From NCBI GenBank assembly GCA_031260975.1, contig JAISKJ010000003.1, forward strand, positions 559,430-623,429: 64,000 nt of DNA, read 5' to 3'. Source of the stretch: Christensenellaceae bacterium (GTDB lineage: Bacteria > Bacillota > Clostridia > Christensenellales > UBA1242). Both the position numbers and the translations under genes were made by a program. Below, in pieces: positions 9,173-17,512 of the stretch (the first letter of the stretch is position 1; each line of letters starts with the position of its first letter). The notes beneath the pieces were generated by a model that was given only the letters and a program-made list of their open reading frames with translations, was not told where the DNA came from and ran no database searches.

Positions 9173-9200
9173 ATTATACAACATTTTTGACAAATATCAA
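9173..9200 (-). promoter_or_regulatory. promoter placing the transcription start at or near the ATG of the ABC ATPase (leaderless candidate)
   Basis: TTGATA, 16 nt, TATAAT, 6 nt (GACCGT), ATG 9166. No SD. Confidence 0.5.
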
Positions 9201-9332
9201 AACCTTTTTTTTACTTTTGATGCTCTTAAATAATGTAATGTCTTTATGTGATTTAAGGAGCGGACGCAACAATCTTCATTAGTGTATAAGGCGAATTTTG
9301 CTTTATAAAGTTAATAAAAAAGGCTGAAAAGA

Positions 9333-9361
9333 TTGACAAGCAAACATAATGGTGCTATACT
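9333..9361 (+). promoter_or_regulatory. promoter of the alpha-oxoamine synthase gene
   Basis: TTGACA, 17 nt, TATACT with TGc extended -10. Confidence 0.65.
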
Positions 9362-9409
9362 TTTTATGAAAAATATGGCTCTTATAAAAGCCGTATCTAG
9401 GAGAAGATT

Positions 9410-10615
9410 ATGGATTTATTTCAAAAATGTAAGGATTACACCGTTGCACGCGAAGCGATGGCAGCGGGTTTTTATCCTTATTTTCATGCACTCAACACCA
9501 AACAAGACACCGAAGTGGTTATGGACGGCGTAAAAGTTATTATGCTGGGTTCAAACAATTATCTGGGGCTGACTGTTCACCCTGACGTAATAAAAGCGGG
9601 AGTGGATGCTCTTAACACCTTTGGTTCAGGCTGCTCGGGGTCAAGGTTTTTAAACGGTACTCTAAAACAGCACATAAACATTGAAAAAGATTTTGCCGAG
9701 TTCCTAAATAAAGAAGCGGCACTCACCTTCTCAACCGGTTTCACGGCAAACCTTGCTATAATCAGTTGTATTGCCGGCAGAAATGACTATATAGTCATAG
9801 ACAAAGAAAGCCACGCCAGCATTTATGACGGGGCCAAGCTTAGTTTTGCAAAAATGCTCAGATATGAACACAACAACATGAAAGACCTTGAAGAGCAGCT
9901 TAAAAGCGTTCCTGAAGGCAAAGGTATCTTTATAGTTACCGACGGTGTGTTTAGCATGGAGGGAGATCTTTGCAGACTTCCAGAAATTGTAGCACTTAAA
10001 AAGAAGTATAATGCTCGCCTTATGGTGGATGATGCTCACGGCTTTGGAATTCTGGGCAACCACGGCAGAGGCACAGCTGACCATTTCGGACTAACCGATG
10101 AAGTTGATATAATTATGGGTACCTTTTCAAAAAGTTTGGCCTCTCTCGGCGGATTTATGGCAGCAAGTGCCGAAGTGTGCCACTATGTTCAGCACAATTC
10201 CCGTCCGTTTATATTCTGCGCTTCTCTGCCCCCTTCAAACGTGGCGTGTGCTCAGGCAGCTCTTGATATAATCAAAAAAGATGACAGCCGTACCAAACGC
10301 ATATTGGAGCTGGCTGATTATACCCGCAAAAAATTTAAGGAAAATCATATCCCTTATGTTAACAGTGACGCTCCTATAATACCCATTGTAATCGGCGGCG
10401 ACATTGAAACCTTTCATGTGTGCATGGAGTTGTTTGAAGAGGGTGTATATGTAAACCCTGTTATTGCTCCCGCTGCTCCTGCCGGAGGCGCCATGATAAG
10501 AACAAGTCTTATGGCAACCCTTACAAACGAGCAGATTGACCGTGCAGTTATAATTATAGCCAAAGTAATTGGCAAGCATGGCCTGCTCACCAATCAAAAG
10601 GAGCCGCAGAAATAA
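9410..10615 (+). CDS. alpha-oxoamine synthase family PLP enzyme (SPT/KBL/BioF-like acyltransferase)
   Basis: GSNNYLGL, DGVFSMEGD, DDAHG, PLP-lysine GTFSKSLAS, N-terminal FYPYF. SD AGGAG at ~9396. Confidence 0.85.
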   Translation: MDLFQKCKDYTVAREAMAAGFYPYFHALNTKQDTEVVMDGVKVIMLGSNNYLGLTVHPDVIKAGVDALNTFGSGCSGSRFLNGTLKQHINIEKDFAEFLNKEAALTFSTGFTANLAIISCIAGRNDYIVIDKESHASIYDGAKLSFAKMLRYEHNNMKDLEEQLKSVPEGKGIFIVTDGVFSMEGDLCRLPEIVALKKKYNARLMVDDAHGFGILGNHGRGTADHFGLTDEVDIIMGTFSKSLASLGGFMAASAEVCHYVQHNSRPFIFCASLPPSNVACAQAALDIIKKDDSRTKRILELADYTRKKFKENHIPYVNSDAPIIPIVIGGDIETFHVCMELFEEGVYVNPVIAPAAPAGGAMIRTSLMATLTNEQIDRAVIIIAKVIGKHGLLTNQKEPQK

Positions 10616-10667
10616 AGCTCGCGCCTTTGTAAATTTATTTAAACTTAACTTTTCGTAATAATTTAAT

Positions 10668-10695
10668 AAAAAAACACCGCAAAGGTGTTTTTTAT
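10668..10695. terminator. bidirectional intrinsic terminator (AOS gene / hpf)
   Basis: A-run, AACACC gcaaa GGTGTT, T-run, between convergent genes. Confidence 0.75.
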
Positions 10696-10715
10696 TATAT
10701 TTTTTTATCGTACAT

Positions 10716-11246
10716 TCAGTGTATCGCTTCAATAAGTCCAAAGTTACCGTCAAGTCTGCGATAAAGCACATTCACATTTTTTGTTTCTTTGTTTAGGAAC
10801 ACATAAAAGGTGTTGCCAAGATTGTCAAGTGTCTGCATTGCTTCATCAACGCTGATTGGCGTCAACTCATAGGTTTTGTGCTTTACGATACGCTCATCCT
10901 CAAAGGTAGGAATTTCTTTAAAAAACAGTAAGTCCTGCGGAGCAAGTGTAAGCCGTTTAATTTTGCTCTCACTCTTGTCAGAATACTTTATAACCTGCCG
11001 CTCAATTCTTGTCAGTGCCTCATCTAAATTAGATGACATGTCATCACTCACAGCTTCTGCCCTAAAAAATACACCTGTGCCCTTTATTGTAACTTCAAAT
11101 TTGCTGAGCTTGCCTTCTTGCTTGCAGTGTATAGTAGCATTTGCTGTGTCGTCAAAATATTTTGAAAGCTTTTGTACCTTTTTTTCAATTAGCTCCTTCA
11201 AATCTTTGTGTAAATTATATCCCTTAGTCAAAATTTCTAATTTCAT
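10716..11246 (-). CDS. hpf: ribosome hibernation promoting factor, long form
   Basis: MKLEILTKGYNL..LKELIEKKVQKL S30AE N-domain plus C-terminal dimerisation domain (VFLN..T....VLYRR.DG..GLIE). ATG 11246 is preceded by AGGAGG. Confidence 0.9.
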   Translation of the reverse strand: MKLEILTKGYNLHKDLKELIEKKVQKLSKYFDDTANATIHCKQEGKLSKFEVTIKGTGVFFRAEAVSDDMSSNLDEALTRIERQVIKYSDKSESKIKRLTLAPQDLLFFKEIPTFEDERIVKHKTYELTPISVDEAMQTLDNLGNTFYVFLNKETKNVNVLYRRLDGNFGLIEAIH

Positions 11247-11400
11247 ATTAAACCTCCTATGGCTTCTCATTTAAAACATTAACTTATTACAGTTTACTAA
11301 AAATCCTATTTTTTAGCAAATGTTTTATTGGTCTTACAAAATCATTTTTAACTCTTCCTGCAATTCAGAGTGGGCAAAGCCCGTATGGAATCGCCGCTTA

Positions 11401-13854
11401 TTATGCCGTTGCACTGCTAAACGACAGCTTTCCGTCCGTAGCATCCACATAAATCATAGTGTTGCTAAGCGTGCCGCTCAGCAATCCGTCAGCGATTTTG
11501 TCCTCTATCTCCTGCTGAATAAGGCGTTTAAGCGGTCTTGCGCCATACTCATAGCTGGTGCCCTTTTCAACCAGATACTTAAGAGCATTCTCAGTAAGTC
11601 TCAGTATTATGCCGCTGCTCTCCAGCCGTTTGTTAAGATTGTTTATCATAATTGTAGCAATATGTGCAAGCTGCTCCCCATTAAGTGGTTGAAATACTGT
11701 TATTACATCAATTCTGTTTAAAAACTCGGGCTTGAATTTACGCTTAACAGCGCTCATAATAACTTCTCTGGCTTTTTCATAGTCATATGACGGAATTTCA
11801 ACCTCGCTGCCAAATCCAAGCGTATTGCTTATAGTATTGAGTTCGGATATTCCGCAGTTTGAAGTGAGAATTATAACAGTATTTTTAAAGTTGACCGTTC
11901 GGCCCTGACTGTCTGTGAGCCGCCCGTCATCCAAAACTTGAAGTAATATATTAAATACCTCGAGGTGAGCTTTTTCTATCTCGTCAAACAGCACTACCGA
12001 ATAGGGTTTGCGCCTCACCTGCTCAGTGAGCTGCCCGCCCTCGTCAAAGCCAACATATCCGGGTGGTGCTCCGATAAGCTTTGCCACCGAGTGGCTTTCC
12101 ATATATTCACTCATATCAAGCCTGATTATATTATTTTCGTTGTCAAACATAGCCTCGGCCAAAGCCTTGCAAAGTTCAGTCTTACCCACACCGGTTTGCC
12201 CCAAAAATAGGAATGACCCAATAGGCCGCTTGCTCTCGCCAAGACCCACTCTGCTTCGTCTGATGGCCTTAGAAACAGCTGTAACAGCTTCATCCTGACC
12301 GATAACACGCTTATGCAAAATCTCTTCAAGCTTCATAAGGCGCTCTTTCTCACTTTCTGTAATTTTGCTCACCGGCACGCCCGTCCACTTGGCCACCACC
12401 TCGGCAATTTCATTTTCACCAATAGCAGGTTCTGCCTTAGGCTGCTCAAGATTATAGCGTTTCTTTTCTTCTTCAATTTCCTTAACCAGCACCATCATTT
12501 CACGGTTCAGCCGTTCAGTTATTTCATAGTTGTGCTGAATTGATGCCTCCTGATATTTTTTGTGCATATCATTAAACTTATTGAGCTTATTATTTATGCT
12601 GTCGGGCATAATAGTTCCGCTCACCCGAGCACGGCTGCTGGCCTCATCAATGAGGTCAATCGCTTTGTCAGGCAGGTTTCTGTCCATAATATACCTGTCA
12701 CTCAGCTTAGCGGCAGCTATAATAGCTTCATCTGTTATCTTAACTTTGTGAAAGGCCTCGTAGCTATCCTTAAGCCCCCGCAAAATTAGTATGGTTTCAT
12801 CAACCGAAGGAGGATTTACCATAATTGGCTGAAACCTTCGCTCAAGAGCCTTGTCTTTTTCAATAAACTTTCTATATTCATCAGTTGTGGTAGCTCCGAT
12901 TGTCTGAAGCTCACCTCTCGCGAGATACGGCTTTAGCATATCCGCCGGATTAATGTCTCCCTTTTCAGAGCCCGCTTGCGCCAGCGTATGAATTTCATCA
13001 ATAAAAACTATAATGTTTTTGTTTTCGATAATAGTTTCAATAGCATCTTTAAGGCGTTTTTCCATTTCACCTCTATATTTTGTGCCGGCCATAAGTCCGC
13101 CGATATCAAGTGAATAGATTATCTTATCCCTCAAAACCTGCGGCACACGCCCCTTTGCTACAGCAAGAGCCAACCCATCAACCACTGCAGATTTACCTAC
13201 ACCCGCTTCACCGATAAGAATTGGATTATTCTTGGTCTTGCGGCACAGAATTTCTATAATCCTCTCGGTTTCTTTATCACGCCCGATTATCGGGTCTATC
13301 TTGCCGGCCCTTGCCTTTTGAGTAATATCATAGCCCATTTCAAGCAGATTTTCAGGCAGAGTTTTTTCGGATGCTGCAGTCTCAGGCCTTCCGTAACTGT
13401 TGCTAAACTCCTCAATATTCGCCCCCTGCAGCTCTTCTTGCAAATTGCGGCGCATGCTATCTATATCCACATTAAAATAATCACTTAGAAGTATTACAGC
13501 ATAAGTGTCAACGTTATAAAGAATTGAAAGTAAAAGATGCTCGGCGCACACAAACGGATGGCCGACATTGCCGGCAATATTGGAGGCTACCAACAAAATA
13601 TTTTTGCTCACAGGGCTAAGCTCGGGCCCAAATCCCATTCTGGCTTGCCCTACGCCGCCGTTAGCACTAAACCACGCCAAAAGCTTTTCTTTTGTAACGC
13701 CGTCCTCTTTAAGCATACGGCAGGCAAGAGATTGCACAGCTGTTATGCCATACAAAATATGTTCACTGCCAACCTGCCCTTTTCCTGTTTTTGAGGCTAT
13801 CTCACATGCCGCCTTAAATGTCTTTGCGGCACTTTCAGTAAATTTAACTTCCAT
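11401..13854 (-). CDS. clpC: ATP-dependent Clp protease ATPase ClpC
   Basis: Two AAA+ modules (GEAGVGKSA, GQTGVGKTE) and Clp_N repeats. Directly downstream of ctsR. Confidence 0.95.
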   Translation of the reverse strand: MEVKFTESAAKTFKAACEIASKTGKGQVGSEHILYGITAVQSLACRMLKEDGVTKEKLLAWFSANGGVGQARMGFGPELSPVSKNILLVASNIAGNVGHPFVCAEHLLLSILYNVDTYAVILLSDYFNVDIDSMRRNLQEELQGANIEEFSNSYGRPETAASEKTLPENLLEMGYDITQKARAGKIDPIIGRDKETERIIEILCRKTKNNPILIGEAGVGKSAVVDGLALAVAKGRVPQVLRDKIIYSLDIGGLMAGTKYRGEMEKRLKDAIETIIENKNIIVFIDEIHTLAQAGSEKGDINPADMLKPYLARGELQTIGATTTDEYRKFIEKDKALERRFQPIMVNPPSVDETILILRGLKDSYEAFHKVKITDEAIIAAAKLSDRYIMDRNLPDKAIDLIDEASSRARVSGTIMPDSINNKLNKFNDMHKKYQEASIQHNYEITERLNREMMVLVKEIEEEKKRYNLEQPKAEPAIGENEIAEVVAKWTGVPVSKITESEKERLMKLEEILHKRVIGQDEAVTAVSKAIRRSRVGLGESKRPIGSFLFLGQTGVGKTELCKALAEAMFDNENNIIRLDMSEYMESHSVAKLIGAPPGYVGFDEGGQLTEQVRRKPYSVVLFDEIEKAHLEVFNILLQVLDDGRLTDSQGRTVNFKNTVIILTSNCGISELNTISNTLGFGSEVEIPSYDYEKAREVIMSAVKRKFKPEFLNRIDVITVFQPLNGEQLAHIATIMINNLNKRLESSGIILRLTENALKYLVEKGTSYEYGARPLKRLIQQEIEDKIADGLLSGTLSNTMIYVDATDGKLSFSSATA

Positions 13855-13933
13855 ATATATCTCCTTTATTTATAAAACTTAAGTCACTCTATCATTGTAA
13901 ATATAACTTTTTGACACATCAATCCTGCGATAC

Positions 13934-14019
13934 GTCATTGCAAGCCCAAAAGGCACGGCAATCTCTTGGCATCAGATTAAGCATTGAGATTGCTTCGTCA
14001 TTTCATTCCTCGCAATGAC
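13934..14019. repeat. palindromic intergenic repeat, family 1 (GTCATTGC...GCAATCTC / GAGATTGC...GCAATGAC)
   Basis: 5' arm GTCATTGCAAG..CGGCAATCTC, 3' arm GAGATTGCTTCG..CTCGCAATGAC. Fills the ctsR-clpC gap. Confidence 0.7.
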
Positions 14020-14024
14020 ATGGT

Positions 14025-14504
14025 CTAACTGTCATTAGTAACCAAATCGCCGCTGTTTCGTAATTTATTTACCAATATGTTTTTGAGTATCTGCGCCCTA
14101 AGCTTGTTTTCCATATCAATGTGAAGCCCCAGCGCTTTGGGTGCAATAGCGGCATCTATCACCTCGGCCTGCGGCAGTGTCAACACTCCGTGAACAAGCA
14201 ACTCTTGCAACATATATCCGGCGTCCTTATAACTTATTTCTCCTTCAAGCAATTGTATAAGTCTGTTAATAAACTCATCCTTGGTGTTTTGTATCTTTAT
14301 AAGCCTTATATATCCCCCGCCCCCGCGCTGGCTCTCAGTCACAAATCCGCGGTTAAAGTTGAACCTTGTTGTTAAAACATAATTTATCTGGCTGGGCGCG
14401 CAGTTAAAATATTGCGCCAAATAATTGCGCGACAAACTGAGTTCATTGTCCTGACCCAGCGTAGATATAATAAACTGCTCTATTATGTCGGAAATATTTG
14501 CCAT
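14025..14504 (-). CDS. ctsR: class III stress-gene repressor CtsR
   Basis: NISDIIEQFI...QINYVLTTRF...GF.VESQRGGGGYIRL signature. A CtsR box lies in its own promoter. Confidence 0.9.
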   Translation of the reverse strand: MANISDIIEQFIISTLGQDNELSLSRNYLAQYFNCAPSQINYVLTTRFNFNRGFVTESQRGGGGYIRLIKIQNTKDEFINRLIQLLEGEISYKDAGYMLQELLVHGVLTLPQAEVIDAAIAPKALGLHIDMENKLRAQILKNILVNKLRNSGDLVTNDS

Positions 14505-14594
14505 ATTTCTCCTTTCTTTCAGGAGTTACTCACTCCGCTGCCCCACATTCATCCAAAAGCTAGTCAAGAAAAATATATGTAAAATTCCACTCAC

Positions 14595-14611
14595 TTTGAC
14601 TTTCTTTGACT
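14595..14611 (-). promoter_or_regulatory. CtsR operator (direct heptad repeat)
   Basis: The minus strand reads AGTCAAAGAAAGTCAAA, matching the CtsR consensus (A/G)GTCAAANAN(A/G)GTCAAA. It lies just downstream of the -10 box of ctsR. Confidence 0.85.
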
Positions 14612-14616
14612 TTCAT

Positions 14617-14645
14617 ATTATATCACCCTGTAATTTTGTTGTCAA
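14617..14645 (-). promoter_or_regulatory. sigma-A-type promoter of ctsR-clpC
   Basis: TTGACA (14645..14640), 17 nt, TATAAT (14622..14617). Confidence 0.75.
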
Positions 14646-14680
14646 ATATTTTTTATATATTTTTTTAAAAAATCGCCAAC

Positions 14681-14708
14681 AAAAAAATCCAAAACAAATG
14701 TTTTGGAT
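14681..14708 (-). terminator. intrinsic terminator after the DegV gene
   Basis: Minus strand: ATCCAAAAC loop GTTTTGGAT followed by T7. Confidence 0.75.
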
Positions 14709-14719
14709 TTCTCAAGTTT

Positions 14720-15583
14720 TTATCTATGTTTTGCTCTAAAAACCAGTCCTACCGTTCCCGGGCCGCAGTGGGTGCCGATTATGGCACCAATCGGAATTAT
14801 CCATACATTGGCGTCACGCCCTACAATTTTATATACCTCTTCCTGCAAAGTTTTGGCATCGGTTTCGTTGCTTGCATGTGCTACAATTATTGGAAAGTCA
14901 GCTACACCGTCACCGGTTTCCTGCATGAGACTGACAAGCTTGGATATAATCCCCCTCCAACCTTTTGTGGTTGAATACTTAACAATCTTACCCTCAGCGT
15001 CACACTTACAAATAGGTTTTATTCCAAGCATAGTGCCGCCGATGGCAGCCATTGCCGAGATTCTGCCGCCGCGTTTGAGATAGAACAAATCGTCCATTCC
15101 AAAATAACACGCAATGTGTTGTTTCAGGTCCTCTAAAAATAAAACAATCTCTTCAAAAGACTTACCTGATTTATACATTTTTGCGGCAGTATACACCATA
15201 ACTCCGGACTGCATCGTAACACCCAAGGTGTCTACAAAAAGCAATTTACGTTCAGGGTATTTTGCAAGCAACTTATCCCTAACATTCGGTAAAACCTTAT
15301 AAGAACCGGTAAGTGAGCCCGAGAAGTGTATGAACAAAACATCCTCTCCCTTAGCAAGATATTTTTCAAAGGTTTCTTCAAAAGTAAATTCATTTATAAG
15401 AGCAGTCTTTGACACTATTCCCTTTTTTAGAGATGCATAAAATTCGTCTAATTTATTAAGCGGCAAAGATGTCTCAAGATCAACCCCGTCAAGAGCAATA
15501 GGAATATGTATAACCTCAAGGTTAAATTCCTTAACATGATTTTCCCACATATCACAAGCGGTATCGCAAATAATCACACCCAT
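14720..15583 (-). CDS. DegV family fatty-acid-binding protein
   Basis: 287 aa. DTACDM start region, SGSLTGSY and HCGPGTVG motifs typical of DegV. Confidence 0.85.
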   Translation of the reverse strand: MGVIICDTACDMWENHVKEFNLEVIHIPIALDGVDLETSLPLNKLDEFYASLKKGIVSKTALINEFTFEETFEKYLAKGEDVLFIHFSGSLTGSYKVLPNVRDKLLAKYPERKLLFVDTLGVTMQSGVMVYTAAKMYKSGKSFEEIVLFLEDLKQHIACYFGMDDLFYLKRGGRISAMAAIGGTMLGIKPICKCDAEGKIVKYSTTKGWRGIISKLVSLMQETGDGVADFPIIVAHASNETDAKTLQEEVYKIVGRDANVWIIPIGAIIGTHCGPGTVGLVFRAKHR

Positions 15584-15731
15584 ATAAGTCTCCTTCTTTG
15601 GTAGATTTATAACCTTTAAAAAAGTATATCAAATTGTTCTGTTTTTTCAAAACAAAAAACACCTGTTTAGGGCAAAACCTTTCAAAATTTTACCTAAGAT
15701 TATATTGGCACAAAAAACAAACAAATCACGG

Positions 15732-16283
15732 CTAAAACTTGTTCTTATAAACCTCTTCGCCTGCCTTAATTTTTTCAATGTAGCGTCTGGTTTCTTCATA
15801 GGGTATATGCTTTAGGGTTATTCCGTCGTCACTTAGGCTCAAATCTTTGAGCCATTTTCTTACAGTCCCCTCACCCGCGTTATATGCGGCAAGCGCAGTA
15901 TACGGGTCAGAAAACCTATCAAACAAATATCTCATATAGCAGCACCCAAACTCAATATTTGTACCTGCTTCCCAGAGCATATCCTGACTGAACTGCTCAT
16001 TTTTGACAGCTGCTATATATTCGCCCGTTGAGGGTAAAATCTGCATAAGCCCGATGGCGCCGGCACGCGAATATGCATCCTTGTTATATCCGCTTTCAGC
16101 ATTGATGACCGAGGCCACAATTTCGGGTCTGATGTGATATTGAGCGGCGCTGGCTAAAATATCTTCCTTATAATTAAATGGATAGACTCTGGAATAATAA
16201 ACCACGAGCACCAGCACCAGAACAAGTACTGCACTCATGGTTATTGAACCTATTATAAAGATTAATCTTTTTGTATCCTTCAC
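15732..16283 (-). CDS. membrane-anchored lytic transglycosylase (SLT domain)
   Basis: N-terminal TM helix. ESGYN (catalytic Glu), AIGLMQILPSTG, AYNAG motifs. Start codon uncertain (GTG, no clear SD). Confidence 0.8.
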   Translation of the reverse strand: MKDTKRLIFIIGSITMSAVLVLVLVLVVYYSRVYPFNYKEDILASAAQYHIRPEIVASVINAESGYNKDAYSRAGAIGLMQILPSTGEYIAAVKNEQFSQDMLWEAGTNIEFGCCYMRYLFDRFSDPYTALAAYNAGEGTVRKWLKDLSLSDDGITLKHIPYEETRRYIEKIKAGEEVYKNKF

Positions 16284-16340
16284 AATTTTATATTATGCAG
16301 CAGAAGAATATTTTATTGATTTTCTTGGCAATTTTTTAAA

Positions 16341-17234
16341 TTAAAGTATTGCATTAACAAAATCTTCAGCGCTAAATTCATCTAAATCGTCTATTTTTTC
16401 ACCAACACCTATAAAGCTTACGGGCACATCAAGCTCTTTTATAATGCTGAACACCACTCCGCCTTTGCTGGTGCCGTCAAGCTTGGTGAGGATTATCCCG
16501 TCAATTCCGATAGCATCCTTAAAGGCATTGACTTGTGCAATCGAATTCTGCCCGATTGTAGCGTCAAGAACTATCAAATTTTTTATGTTAGCATCAGGAC
16601 TTTCCCGCTTTGTTACTCTGCCGATTTTCTTAAGTTCCTCCATGAGATTAACCTTTGTGTGAAGCCGCCCTGCTGTATCTATTATCAAAACATCGGTATT
16701 CTTTGCTTTTGCGCTTGCAATACCGTCAAAAACCACCGCCGCGGCATCAGCACCCTCGGCGTGCTTAATTATTTTTACGTTACTCCTGTTTGCCCACTCG
16801 TTCAATTGCTCGCTGGCAGCAGCCCTAAAGGTGTCACCGGCAACCAATGTTACTGACTTTTTTTTGTCGCTGAAGTATCTAGCCAGCTTGCCTATAGTAG
16901 TGGTCTTACCAACTCCGTTTACACCCACAATCATAAGTACACAAGGATAAGATAAATCCAGCTTTTGAGGTTTTTCCAAAATATTTGTCAAAACCTTTCG
17001 CAAAGCTTCCTTAGCATCCTCGGCTTTTTTAATTTTGCCTTTTTTTACTTCTGTTTTCAGATTGTTTAAAATCTCTTCAGCAGCAGCAGTGCCAACATCT
17101 GAGCTTATTAAAACAAGCTCCAGCTCTTCATAAAATTCGTCGTTTATTTCGCCCTTAAAAAGTGCCGTCCACTTCGCCGCCAAATTATCTTTTGTCTTTT
17201 TAAGTCCTCCCAAAAGTCTTTTAAAAAATCCCAT
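16341..17234 (-). CDS. ftsY: signal recognition particle receptor FtsY
   Basis: SRP GTPase motifs [25 protein letters not shown]. Confidence 0.95.
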   Translation of the reverse strand: MGFFKRLLGGLKKTKDNLAAKWTALFKGEINDEFYEELELVLISSDVGTAAAEEILNNLKTEVKKGKIKKAEDAKEALRKVLTNILEKPQKLDLSYPCVLMIVGVNGVGKTTTIGKLARYFSDKKKSVTLVAGDTFRAAASEQLNEWANRSNVKIIKHAEGADAAAVVFDGIASAKAKNTDVLIIDTAGRLHTKVNLMEELKKIGRVTKRESPDANIKNLIVLDATIGQNSIAQVNAFKDAIGIDGIILTKLDGTSKGGVVFSIIKELDVPVSFIGVGEKIDDLDEFSAEDFVNAIL

Positions 17235-17367
17235 TTCCTCTCTCCCTTCCTTATCCTATCGGGTGTTTATAATGCGATGAAATAAACAAATCAAAGCGAT
17301 GTTACAATCATTCACAATAAATGTTTATGTATACCTCTAAACAAATTAATACTTAATTGCCCCGTGT

Positions 17368-17463
17368 CAGCAATATCTAATCGGACTTTTTGTTGTGAGG
17401 CAAAATATTTTTGGCTGCTTCGGCGCTTTTGCCAAACAGCAAAAATCCGAGGAGATATTGCTG
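17368..17463. repeat. 96-bp palindromic element between ftsY and smc
   Basis: CAGCAATATCTAATCGGACTTTTTGTTGTGAGGCAAAA ... CTTTTGCCAAACAGCAAAAATCCGAGGAGATATTGCTG. Confidence 0.65.
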
Positions 17464-17512
17464 GTATAGACGACTTGAACAATTTTAAAATTTATATACA
17501 AGCAATATTATT

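Noticed and set aside
10235-10771. 178-aa minus-strand ORF antisense to the 3' part of the alpha-oxoamine synthase gene
   Set aside because: This is a shadow ORF. It would also run through the bidirectional terminator at 10668-10695.
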